The position numbers were made by a program, and so were the translations under genes. DNA of 63,319 nt, counting the filler, from Sphacelaria rigidula (lineage: Eukaryota), in the NCBI GenBank assembly GCA_964200075.2. It is 11 parts of 11 records of this genome, joined end to end, with 100 filler letters (N's around TTAATTAATTAA, not from the genome) between each part and the next. Parts side by side here need not be neighbours in the genome. Positions count along the whole stretch, not along the records: positions 11,533 to 17,198 come from CAXNAA020025439.1; positions 17,299 to 22,964 come from CAXNAA020025440.1; positions 23,065 to 28,729 come from CAXNAA020025441.1; 8 more parts are not named here. One strand, written 5' to 3'. This document shows positions 11,980 through 23,197 of this stretch, piece after piece (the first letter of the stretch is position 1; the number at the start of each line of letters is the position of its first letter). Under the pieces are notes generated by a model that ran no database searches, had not been told where the DNA came from, and saw only the letters and a list, made by a program, of their open reading frames with translations.

Positions 11980-14841
11980 CTTGACCTGAACGAATCGAAT
12001 CACTGATTCCGGCCCAGCCACCCGAAAGTCGCAGCATGTTGACAGCTCAGCCCCGCCACCGATCGCTGCTCCGTCAACGACTGCTACACTAATGAGAGGG
12101 AGTCTACCTCCACCGTCGGTACATGTCGTCCGACGAGAGAGCAAGAGGTGATTGGGCCGGCCGATTTGCGTTTTACACGTACAGTTTGTAATAGAGAAGA
12201 AACAAAACAGGGAAGGAGGTCACAGCCAAAACTAACTTTCATCTGTTTTTCTCGCACATGTCGAGCCAGCTGTACTTCGAACGCAGAGGTCAAGTAATAC
12301 AAATCGTCTGGCCGTGTGTGAATATCGCAATAACTTTCGGTAGCTGCGAACAGTAAGGACAGTCAGAGGTGATCAGATGAGGACGTGGCAAGGCCGCAGC
12401 CCGGCTTTTGCGATTGATTAGAGTCATGACGGCCAATCGTGTGTGAATGTGGAAGTGTTATGGACAAAAACTACGTCTAGTCGACCCAACCCTCATTTGC
12501 TGATATTGGCTGTGCATCACTAATCCTCTGATATAGCATCTTGCTACCTCGCGTTCAACAAAAAATACAAGGAAAAATAGTTGAACAAAAAATACGCTAC
12601 AAATTCTTCTTCCTGTTCCCAGCCGCTGATTACCACCTACCTCCTGAGACGGGACAGGATATCCGTCATAAGAGCGCACATGAGTCGCCCGTCCTCGCCG
12701 GTGACCAAGTGTTCGCGTGCCAGTGACAGATCGGCTCCCGCGCAGAAATTGCCACCCGCTCCCTGCACCAGGAGCGCCACCCCCTGCTCCCAGTTTTCCA
12801 GGGTGTTTACGGCCTCTGCGAGTTCGGCCATCATCCTACCAGAAAGCGCTGTTAACAAGCACAGGAGAAGTTACAGTAAGTAGTCGTAGATACATGAGTG
12901 TGCGCGGCAAAACCATGGGGGTGGCCAGCGGTGGTGATCACGGTGCCATGACACACAGCAACATCAACGTCCCAAGAGACGGCCACCTTAACTTTCAGGG
13001 TAACGTTGTTGTTGGAGAGATGATGGCTGCCCGCGTCGCCATCAAGCGGGAACCGTTTGGTCCCGTTGGTTGTGTGGAGTTTGACAGGACTCTTGATAAA
13101 AGCGTAGGGAACTAGCGTTTCTCTAAAAAGGTACGTGTACAGCGAATTCAGTGGAACTGTTGTAGCACACCCCCGCACGGGATGCTGGATTCGGGGATCG
13201 CTCTCCGCCAGTTGTCGATTTATCTCGGCCCCCAAAGAGCACACGCCATTTGAACACAGCTACGCGGGGGTAGAACCACTAGATTCAACGGCGATTTTTT
13301 GGCGTTAGACCGACTCTAGTGGGAGCCGTTCAAAAATTCTGTTCAAAATTGCCTTTTTGGCCCTTGTCCGTCGTTCTACGCCTGAAAAGAGGGCTAGACG
13401 GATGATGACGCCTTGGAATGACTTGCTCTACTCATTGAGGCCGTTCCAGCGCAACTTCGCCATTTCCTCTGGCCGCATTTTCATTTTTGGCCAAGCACGG
13501 ATTTTCAGTAAAAAACGGTCAAGCGATTAAAAAACGGGGGGACATTTGATCACCTGACCGTTTTTTACTGAAAATCCGTGTTTGGCCTCATTTGGCCAAA
13601 AACAAAAGTGCAGCCAGCCGGAAATGCAAAGTTGCCCTAGAACGGTCCCACCGAGTTGAGCAAGGCATTCCAAGGCGTCAACATCCGCCTAGCCCTCTTT
13701 TCGGGCGTAAATCGACGGAGAAGAGCCCAAAAGGCAGTTTTCGACAGAAATTTTGAACGACTCTCATTAAAGTCGGCCTTTGGCCGACTCTTATGGGAGC
13801 GTTTAGAATTTTATTACGCAATAATTTTAGACGAGTTTTTTTTCCTTCTTTGCCGTAGTTGTGTATTTTGCGCCCGTTCACCATGATGGCAAAAAAAAAA
13901 AAACTCCTCTGAAATTGTTGCAAAAAAAAAATTCAAACGCTCCCATAAGAGTTGGCCTTAGTAGAAACTATCCACTGGACCACTCAGTCAGCGGTTACTG
14001 ACTAGTCTACAAGTACCAGGTTTAATTCCCGGGTGGCTAATGGTGTTTTTTTCTTCAAGCAATTGAAAGGCGTTACAGTACTTGATTCAGGACTACGGTC
14101 ACGTCGGTGGGGCTTGCATGGAGAGATAAGCCTCAGAGTCGCGACCGGAGAGCTTTCGAGCTCAAACACAATGCTTTTGTTTGTGACAAGAATCCATCCC
14201 CTAGACCGTTCAGTCCGTGCCGATTGAGTGGTCCACTAATGGAGTTCCCCATCACGAACACGACTAAGCACTTTCGGTGACATTGTTGTATTCCTCACCA
14301 ACTGTCCAGGCGTCCCATAGCCTGTACTGTACTGTATTACGCGTATGACACTAGGTAATAATCCCGGCTGGAAGGCTTCAACCGGCGAACTGGCTCTAAA
14401 TATCTGGCTTCGCCGAGAGCCACACCGCTGCGGTACTTGCTGTATTGTACACTCATCGTCTCTGTATACACACGGCGCGGGGGGAAAGGGGGGCACACGC
14501 TACTGCTCCTAACCATTCCGTCTCTCGTGGTTGTCGAGGATCAAGGTGGCCAGCCCGGTGTCATCATTGAGCGACAGCTCCACTGTTCCTGGCCCGATGG
14601 GCGTCAAGCGATCCAAAAACTCCGCTGTTGAGAATGGTGAGCTTTTGTCGCTGCCACTGCCTGCATTGAAACAACGGCAAGTACGAGTAGCCGTTATTAT
14701 CATTGCTGAATTTACCGCTAGCGGGGTATGCGGCACCAGCGGCACTATCGTCGATGGCGGTATCGCACGGGCGCGATGTACAGGAAGGCATTGTTGTCGT
14801 TGCAAATGGTATCCTCGCAGGGCGGGCAGATGTCGTCGCAT
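11980..14841 (-). CDS. ECHDC1: Ethylmalonyl-CoA decarboxylase-like crotonase-fold protein; 3'-partial, first 3 exons
   Basis: Phase-compatible exons 14841-14514, 12848-12641, 12103-11980. Spliced product ...GLATLILDNHERRNALSGRMMAELAEAVNTLENWEQGVALLVQGAGGNFCAGADL...RLPLISVAVVDGAAIGGGAELSTCCDFRVAGPESVIRFVQVK. LENW, RLPLISVA and ESxIRFV match ECHDC1 as I recall it. Later exons lie beyond the scaffold end. Confidence 0.9.
13310..13957. mobile_element. Foldback/MITE-like element: two abutting long hairpins in ECHDC1 intron 1
   Basis: Arm 13310-13531 is inverted to 13545-13776 (e.g. CACGGATTTTCAGTAAAAAACGGTCA / TGACCGTTTTTTACTGAAAATCCGTG). A second inverted pair spans 13782-13957 (GGCCGACTCTTATGGGAGCGTTT / AAACGCTCCCATAAGAGTTGGCC). 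Confidence 0.85.
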
Positions 14842-17298
14842 GTTTTAAAATCTGTCGCTGGAGCTAGACCAGAGATATCCGCAGTCTAGTCTCGAGAGCT
14901 GCTTGTCGCAACGAAGGGAAGAACCCTGGTCCTACGAATGTGACACCGCAAGGAGAAGTTAATGCACCTCAACATGCATATCAGGTAAGATGTAACGAGT
15001 ACCGGGCGGAAGCGCAGCCGCACGTTACGATACTGCACTGTAATGGACTGTGGTGTGCTGTTCAGTTGTACTCGGTTTTCCTCTCCATTCTGTACTTCGA
15101 ACACATCACTACCGTGAGCAACATCACTCTATGTCATTGCCCACAAAAGTAAATGGCGTTGTCATACTCCAATATGCCGCGCACACCCCTGAGCGATGTG
15201 TCAAGAGGGATCGAACGTTTGCCCGCAGCTTCTGTAGTGAAAGGGTGTGCTGCGAAGTCTGTGGGTCTTGGATACAAGGGATCGCTAACTAGGCGGAATC
15301 TTTTTCAAGGGGCGCCGCGGCAAGAGGCGCCAAAAAACAAAGCTGCGGCTGTCATCCATTTTTCAAACTTTTGAGGGTGATATTTGATCTGCTGTCGTAG
15401 CGAGGTTGGGCCAGGACGCTCCTCTGTTGCGTGGTGTGTGCAGAGAGCCCTAAGCTGTCATGGACCTGCACGAGAGAGATGTCGGCTTGGACCATCCTGT
15501 ATCCTTCACACAGCTTCAGGTGTGTGTTCGTATTCGTAAGGGTGTTCGTGATGTTACAACGTGTTTCGCGGTGCTATTACACGAGGAATCAGTACAACGG
15601 TCGCAACACATGCTGTAATTGGGTCACCGGACTATAGTACAGACAGCAGTCCTGTATGCTCTGGTGACAACAGTGTGGCAAGAGGCATGCAATATTGCAT
15701 CGACTGTACAGCACGGTAGTGCATTCAATAGAGGATGGTCGCATCTCTCACAGTGTGCCGTCGGATTCCATGAGCTTTTCACGCAAGTTGTGAGCACGGC
15801 TGTTGGATCTCTATCATCAATAACGGATTATTGCCACAACAATCGCCGCCGCCGACAGTAACCGCCAGTCACGTGGACAAACAGAGGTGATCCTGCAGAA
15901 AGGTCAAGCCCAGTGAATATATGCTGTGGGCTTAGGTGGGTGACTTGATGCATTGCGAGGGTAAATGCCCGTCTGCAGTAGCTACATGCGGAGCCTAGCG
16001 GCATGTCGGAGGCATAGTGGTATGTGTTTCATGCATGGGTGTATGTACTCTGTCGGTCATTCAGGATACCTGTTCTGCTCTGACCGCGGGTCCGACGAAC
16101 ATGCTGTTTTGATATGAGCTGTTTTGGCGCCCATGAACTGGGTTAGGGTGTTTTTATTTCTTTTCTTTCTCGAAGGTGTTTCGGAACAATTTATTCACGA
16201 CAGCTACATGGAAAATGCCATTGCTACTCATCAGTCTTGCGCCAAAATTAACATTATTTTCGGAACAAAATCTGACCTCTTCTCACCCCATTGCGCACTG
16301 CTGCAATGTGCAACCCCACATGGAGCGATGTGGGTGTGTTCACTGTCGTTGACATGACATGTTGCCGAAGTTTCAGGGCGTCGCAACGCCGACAGCGCGC
16401 GTGCGGCCTTGTCTCTCGAACTGAGCACTTTTACAGGCGATATGTAAATGAGTTTTGTGCAGTCATTATCCACAGGGTGTCCCAGTACGGATCGATGTTG
16501 CTTGCCAGCACAGTAGCCGCCCAGCTGCTGAGTATGTGGAAGTAAGTGCACCAGCGTGTCTAGATATGCATGTACTCACGGTGCACCAAGTCTGGGCTGC
16601 GGAAAAGCCGTTATTAGGACGGTATTGCCCAAAATCGCTAATCGCTTTGCTCGTTTTTGTGCACGCCCCAAACGTGCCGCCGATTGGTGCACATGCTGCG
16701 TGTGTTGTGTTCGACTCGTGCGCCAAGTTTTACGGCGGTTGGTCCGGCCGCGGTGGAGAAATCCGCAAGCAAATTTGCTCTTGAAAAGAGCAATAAATTT
16801 CTCACGCTACCCTTGTGCGGGCATCTACATGTATTCTTGTTGCGGATACCACCACGCCAAGGAGAGAAATTCCCGTACGAGCTGGGCCAGCCAACAGTGG
16901 GCAGTTTTCTCGCTCAGGCGACGCACGGCGCGATATTAGGAGTTGGACGCGGAAATTGTGACAGCAGCTTTTCATGATCGACATCTAGAATGTCACATAA
17001 GCAGCAAAAAAAAAAGAAGAAAAAGAGGAAGTTGTGGGGATTTGAAATCGCAGCAAAAACAAGATGATTTCATGAGTCCAGGAAAAAAATGAGAATCTGC
17101 AGCTGCTCACGGGACATATCATTTCCTTGGGTGCAGAAGGTCTTCGTGAAATTTCAGCTCAAGCGTCGTCGAATTGGGCCGTGCGTGCAACGTTTTGCNN
17201 NNNNNNNNNNNNNNNNNNNNNNNNNNNNNNNNNNNNNNNNNNTTAATTAATTAANNNNNNNNNNNNNNNNNNNNNNNNNNNNNNNNNNNNNNNNNNNN

Positions 17299-17370
17299 CG
17301 TCTAGAATCGTTAGGAGCCCCTGAACTAGACATAATTTCGCGAAAAAAGTGCACCCCTACCGTAGCATTG
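17299..17370 (+). mobile_element. Right half of the small TIR element seen at 18767-19030
   Basis: CGTCTAGAATCGTTAGGAGCCCCTGAACTAGACATAATTTCGCGAAAAAAG...CCTACCGTAGCATT matches 18954-19029. Confidence 0.8.
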
Positions 17371-17882
17371 CTCGTGATAACTTTTTTCATTCAAGTACAA
17401 AAAGACAAAAGCTTGGTCTTGGTCTTCAGCAAGGAAGGCCAAGTTCGTCCTTTTTCCGCTGCAGTCCTTTTGTGCAAAGCTGGAATTATTGGCACAGGCA
17501 AATAATCGAAAACTGAATTCCAAGAGTGGAGCACCCCAATGCCTGCCCAACTTGAGCATGCCAATAATGAGCATGCAATAGGGCTTGTTTTGGCATGAGG
17601 ATTTGATTTACAATAAAAGCACGACGACACTTCGTCACCTTTTTTCGTAGATAATTGATTTCATAGAATTACACTGACTGGTCAACCAATCCTCCCCCCG
17701 GCAGCGCATCGTCTCTCCCCCTATTTATCATCCGATGACGATGATGCTGCATTCCGCTTCCTCTTTGCCAACAATTTTTGGCCTCTGCTACTCGCGCGCA
17801 CAACCCTGTTAGACGTCGTGCCGTGGTCGCTACCATCCCCGCCCGTCCCCGCCACCCCCCCTCGCCCCCCGTCATGTCCTTC

Positions 17883-18345
17883 CTACCTGTCGTCCTCTTC
17901 GCCGTCGTCCCCGTCGCCGTCGTCCACATAGTCGTCCTCGCTCTCGTCGCTCCGACATTCTCTGGAGGAATCACTCAATTCGCTCGAGGCGGCTCGGCGA
18001 CCTTTCCCCTTGCTACTCTTCGTCGCGCTTTTGGTCACGGTTCCTCCCTTCTTGTTCCCGCGAAGTACTACGTTCGTATTGTGTTCGCCACGATACCCAC
18101 CCTTCTTTTTGAACAATGAGCCCACAGCTTTCTTTTCAGCCTCGCTGACAGCACTATCCTAAACAAAACGTTGGCCGTCCGGGTCGGCCATCCTTATGTT
18201 CGCTGCACTATTGTGCGATTTCGCGGCGTGACTACTCATGAAGTATTTCATTTCCCATTGCTTACAAAATATGCACGACATCGGCACATTGGTACACGGA
18301 CTGTTTGGGGTATATTTATTTGCCGTATGTATAGCTTGTAGCCCC
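17883..18345 (-). pseudogene. Decayed Cys/His zinc-binding domain plus basic/acidic tail, possibly a DNA-transposase C-terminus
   Basis: Reading upstream in the frame of ORF 17883-18125 gives GLQAIHTANKYTPNSPCTNVPMSCIFCKQWEMKYFMSSHAAKSH...FV*DSAVSEAEKKAVGSLFKKKGG...DDGDGDDGEEDDR, with one in-frame TAG at 18159-18161. Confidence 0.45.
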
Positions 18346-18685
18346 TCTGGCTTTTAAAGCAGAGCCTCGTCATGTACTGCGCTCGTGTCACCTTCCTATC
18401 TATCCAACCTTGCCGAGGCGGCCTGGCTTTTTTGGACCGGGTTTAATCAGACAATCATCGATGTTATTCGCCCACTACACAGCAGACACCATCTGCTGCT
18501 CTTCCTTCATTTTGCTGTCTTTGACTCTGATCAATTATTCCCTACCTTATTTAACGTCAGGCTAGGGTTAGTGTACTTGGTGTGTAGAGGAATGAGTGCT
18601 GACTTGATATGTATATACAGAAAATAGTATGGGCGACCCCCCTCCCGCCCCCCGCCCCCATCAGAAGGTCGAAATAAAATATGGG

Positions 18686-19630
18686 AGTGTGGGTCCAGGA
18701 ATATTTTTTTGTGCCCTCTTGGTCAGACGGAGGGCCCCCAACGATGTTAATCGCCCACAACACGTTTGAGTGATGCTACGGTAGGGGTATACAAATATTT
18801 TCTGAGGTCAGAATTGCTAGGAGCCCTTGATCTCATCCAAAACACGACTGACTTGAGAAAGTATGCGAGAGTACGCCAGGATTACTATTCCAATGAGCTG
18901 GGGATATCCCGAATTAATCTGCAAACGGGGATGCCCTGACCCATATTCTTGTGCGTCTAGAATCGTTAGGAGCTCCTGAACCAGACAAAATTTCGCGAAA
19001 AAAGGAAATGAACTCCTACCGCAGCATTCCTAGTTGGCGCTCATGTCCATCAGAGGGACAACCATTAGTGACAACACCACACCAACAACGACAGTCGTAA
19101 ACTCCTGTCCACACATATTGCAAGTTCCTACAAAATATAAGCGTTCCAAAATTGTAGAAACGTGACGTCATATAGTCACAAGTAGTGTCATTATATACCC
19201 ACAACATGTCCATCTGTAGCTTCTCAACCGTACCTTAACGGAGTATAATATGCTGTATACGTGGTTTCGCGATGTAGGTGTGGCGATAGACGACAGAGAA
19301 TATTTATCGGTGGGCACTATGTACCACAGTAGATTCTGGTATGTATTTATCGATGTTCATCGCCGCCATGTATAAATTTATACGCAAAATACTAAACTCT
19401 ATTGCCGCCATCAACAGATTTGGTACATTGTCTGTCAATACCCATCGTCGCCGTTAATAGATTTGGCACGCGGTCTATCGATAGCCAGTGCCCACATCAT
19501 TAGATAACAACGTTTCGTGGGATTGAGAGTAGGGAGCTGATTGAGAGTGGTTTTGATCATTCGCTCCAGCTTGGCCAATTTTTGTTCCGTATGCAAGGGC
19601 GCATGAAAACAACATTCCTGGACCCACACT
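18686..19630. mobile_element. Non-autonomous TIR element bounded by inverted AGTGTGGGTCCAGGAAT
   Basis: Exact 17-mer at 18686-18702 (+) and 19614-19630 (-), with a third copy at 20775-20791 (+). The subterminal ACTCTCAATC...CTACTCTCAAT motif recurs at ~19520-19550 (-), ~20980-21010 (+) and ~51735-51770 (-). No TSD identified. Confidence 0.6.
18767..19030. mobile_element. ~260-bp MITE-like element nested in the 18686-19630 element
   Basis: ATGCTACGGTAGGGGT (~18773) is inverted to ACTCCTACCGCAGCAT (~19012). A second copy of its right half is at 17299. Confidence 0.6.
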
Positions 19631-20224
19631 ACGCCCCACCCCTCAGCAGCTCCTGATTTGATTTTTTTTTCTCAAACGAGACACCTGTTTATCAGCCTTT
19701 GGGCGTCAGTTGCTCAGCAAGACGTTGTCGAAGCGACGTGCACGAGCCGTGCGTGGTTTGTTCGTGTGTTTCATTAATGAACTTGGATGGTGTGCAATGG
19801 TGTGAGCAGTGTTGAGTGTTGTTTTCGATTAACTTATCAATAGTTCTTTGATGATTCGAGATGATTCAAGCAAGCAAGTATAAATGATTACGCCAAATAA
19901 ATTACGCAGATCCTCCGGCTACACTCCCTCAGCCACACTAGTGCGGCCGTTGCAGTGGTTGCTGCGGTCACAGACAGGTGAAGGGTTTGTGATTCGTCCC
20001 AACTGTCCCCCTTCCCCCGCCTCGATCTTTTGCCCCGACTCAATTAACCCATTTCCCCCCACTGCGTTTTTGACGGTTTCAGTTTTTCGGCTCGTCGCCT
20101 TTTTGCGAAAAGTCCTTGGCTCTGCTCAAAGGTTATGACATTGTACATTGGTATAGTGCACTCGCTGGGATATTCGCCATCATTTGTGATACACAGACGG
20201 TGCAGTTAGGATTGTTTTATAAAT

Positions 20225-20400
20225 ATTTTAGTATGGGACAATCGGAGCAGAAACAAGTGCACTACCTATGTGTATATCTTTCTTATATATATATCTTTTT
20301 ATCGTCTGTGGATCGTAGACGACATATTTTTAAATATTTTCATATATATTTTAGTATCGGAAAATCGGAACAGAAACAAGTGCACTACTTATGTATATAT
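20225..20400 (+). repeat. Direct repeat, 2 x ~52 bp, ~124 bp apart
   Basis: TTTTAGTATGGGACAATCGGAGCAGAAACAAGTGCACTACCTATGTGTATAT and its variant at ~20349. Confidence 0.85.
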
Positions 20401-21957
20401 GTCATAACCTTTGGCTCTGCTTGTTCTGGTGTTAGGGTGCCGAACTCTTGTCATCTGACTCACTTGGGTTTGCTAGGATTCATGATCAGGTTGCATCAAG
20501 AAATGGATCAAGCGGTTTATGTTCGCCTACACAGCGTACTCCAAGCTCAACACCAAACCAAGACTTGCCGAGACCGCGACTGCTGTTTTGTTTTTCGCTG
20601 CCTGTGCTTGGGTGTGCTTTGCAAGGGAAGTGACTCTTCTCCCCTGTTCAACCCAGTCTAAAACCGAGTAACTTGTAGTTGAGCTTGGTTGCATTGAGTA
20701 TATAGGATTTGGTATAGAACCGGCCGTGCTACCACCATCCCCCACGCCCAATCGGCCCTAAATGGAAAAAAGTGAGTGTGGGTCCAGGAATATTTTTTTC
20801 ACGCGCCCTTGCTGTATGTGCTTCTTTTTTCCTCTATTAATGTCGTGTGCCTACAGCTACATGTCGATATCTTACTCAGAGACACCAAGGGCCTCAGTGA
20901 CAAACTGTTACAGAAGGCGTATCAGGCCTCGTGGAGGGGCTTTTCGGAACTGAAACGATTCATTCAATAATCGACCGCTGACTCTCAATCGTATTCTCTA
21001 CTTTCAATATCACAAGAACGTTGTTAGATTGGGAAAGCTATCGATTGATGCATTTGGTCGGCCGTAATAGGTTTCGATGTAGGGCCACAACAGACTGCTG
21101 CCCACACGGAGGTACGAGAAACTGGTATATCGATAGACATTATCGACGACAAAAGAAAGAAAAACTTGCCGGTCGATGGCGATTGCGGAGGACAATATAT
21201 TGGCATCTACTGCAGCAGACTCTACTGATATCACATTATATGCTTTCTATTGTACAGGGTGTGCACATTTAGAAGAACATGTTGAAGTTGTCGATAGTGC
21301 GTATTTGGAAGAACGATGGCGCAGTCATTGTTCGAGACGATGGATTCTCTCGTGGACGTCGTGCTGAATCTCAAATGTGTTATATACTTCTGCGCCAGCG
21401 TGACAGGAGGTCATAACAACAGTGTCAGTGGTGACTCATGTGGGCAGTGCCGTGAGGAAAGATTCACACAAAGCGTCGATTGGTGCAAGAACAACAATTA
21501 TTACATCGCGAAATATTTCTCCGCGATATCAACGTCAAGTACATCAGAACAACGTAGTCCGGGGGTATTGTACGGTTTTGGTGGATGTCGCTTTCGTACC
21601 TCCTGCAGTATGTTCTGTCGTCCTGTATTACCGTTTCATGTCGTGTGAGGTACCTCGATGATTCACGGTGTGGGGCAATGTGCAACTTCTCTCTATGTTT
21701 GCTCGTTGTCGGCAGATACCTTCATTTCATGCTGGTGATGATGCACGTTTTCGGGTGCCTTGCTATCGCTGCCGGGACATGGAAGCACAATATGCGGCAC
21801 CCTCTCGACAACGTGTGCATTGCGGCTCAAAGATCGTTCATCATCAGCATAATTTTGTTTCAGGTATGTAGCGATTTGTGCCACGAAGTGGAAGAAGGGT
21901 TTGCGTTCACAGTTGTGATGCGTTAGTAAGATCGTACCTTGTGCGAGTTATGTGAAA

Positions 21958-22407
21958 AAACACGGAATCTTACAAATTGGGGATGGATCTTTTATTGGAG
22001 ATGAGAAACCCGCAAAATTAAAATCTTCAAATTCACACCAAATCTTCGAAATGTGGTTTCATTTTTTCACCTACTGATAGCTGTTGACAACTGCTACGCG
22101 CCAGAGGAACTTGAATTTTGATCACCGAAATGTCGGGGCCCTAGGTAAAAAACAAACTTCGGAACAATTTTGGCGTCCGTTCGGACACCGGGAATTCCCC
22201 AAAATTAGTTTTTCACCTAGGACCCCAAAATTTCGGTCATCGAAATCCAAATTTCTACTGCGTGTAGCAGCTGTCACTTGTCATCAGTAGGCGAAGAAAT
22301 GGAACCATATTTCGAAGATTTGGTGTTGATACGAAGACTTTAATCCTCCCGGTTTCTCATCCCTAATAAAAGATCCATCCCCAATTTTTTTGTGAGATCC
22401 CGTGTTT
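21958..22407. mobile_element. ~450-bp fully palindromic MITE/foldback element
   Basis: AAACACGGAATCTTACAAATTGGGGATGGATCTTTTATT is inverted to AATAAAAGATCCATCCCCAATT...GTGAGATCCCGTGTTT. The arms pair imperfectly all the way to a central GTCCG-TT-CGGAC at ~22175-22186. Confidence 0.9.
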
Positions 22408-22479
22408 GACGCAGTTGTTGTCATCACATCCACGAAGAGTGAAGTAGATGCGCATAAACTGCTACTGTCGTTGGCACAT

Positions 22480-22506
22480 CCTAACCCTAACCCTAGCCCT
22501 AACCCT
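22480..22506 (-). repeat. Short interstitial telomere-like (CCCTAA)n
   Basis: CCTAACCCTAACCCTAGCCCTAACCCT. Confidence 0.8.
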
Positions 22507-23064
22507 TGCCATAGGGATGTTTCAATACCGATGCGGTCCTCTCATGCATTACAGCGACCTGGATACTCTCTAGAGTATCTTTCATTGACAAATCTTGACA
22601 ACACGCCCGCTCCTACTTGAACCGTCACTCAGACAGGTAGGCTGTAAATTACCACAAAAGAAGTTCTCCGTCAAAGAGATACGTGGTTCGTGATCCCCTT
22701 GAACCGTCATAATAAGTTTGACCGCTTATCTTTGCTGCAACTACTCCATCGAACGCAATGGATATACACTTTAATATGGATTGCCAACACCTTCCTCCTC
22801 TCTGGAAATGTTGTTTTCGTTGCACGAAGCAGCTCAGACACCGCCCACCTTACATCCCCAGGATGTGCCAACGACAGTAGCAGTCGGTCTAACTAACAGG
22901 GTTGCCAGAAAAATGAGAACGTATTTTGAAATGAGAATCAACCGCTCCCCGGGATTGTGTCCATNNNNNNNNNNNNNNNNNNNNNNNNNNNNNNNNNNNN
23001 NNNNNNNNTTAATTAATTAANNNNNNNNNNNNNNNNNNNNNNNNNNNNNNNNNNNNNNNNNNNN

Positions 23065-23114
23065 GGATGCGTGGTCAATGGTCAAATGACTAAGGCAAGC
23101 AACAAATGAGTACG
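23065..23114 (+). mobile_element. LINE family A 3' end
   Basis: GGATGCGTGGTCAATGGTCAAATGACTAAGGCAAGCAACAAATGAGTACG, then C10-TATCGTAGGATGACTC. Confidence 0.9.
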
Positions 23115-23197
23115 CCCCCCCCCCTATCGTAGGATGACTCGCTACACGTTCTAGAAGCCTTCCAATGGGAGCAGGAACAAAAACGTCTTTAGAGGAG

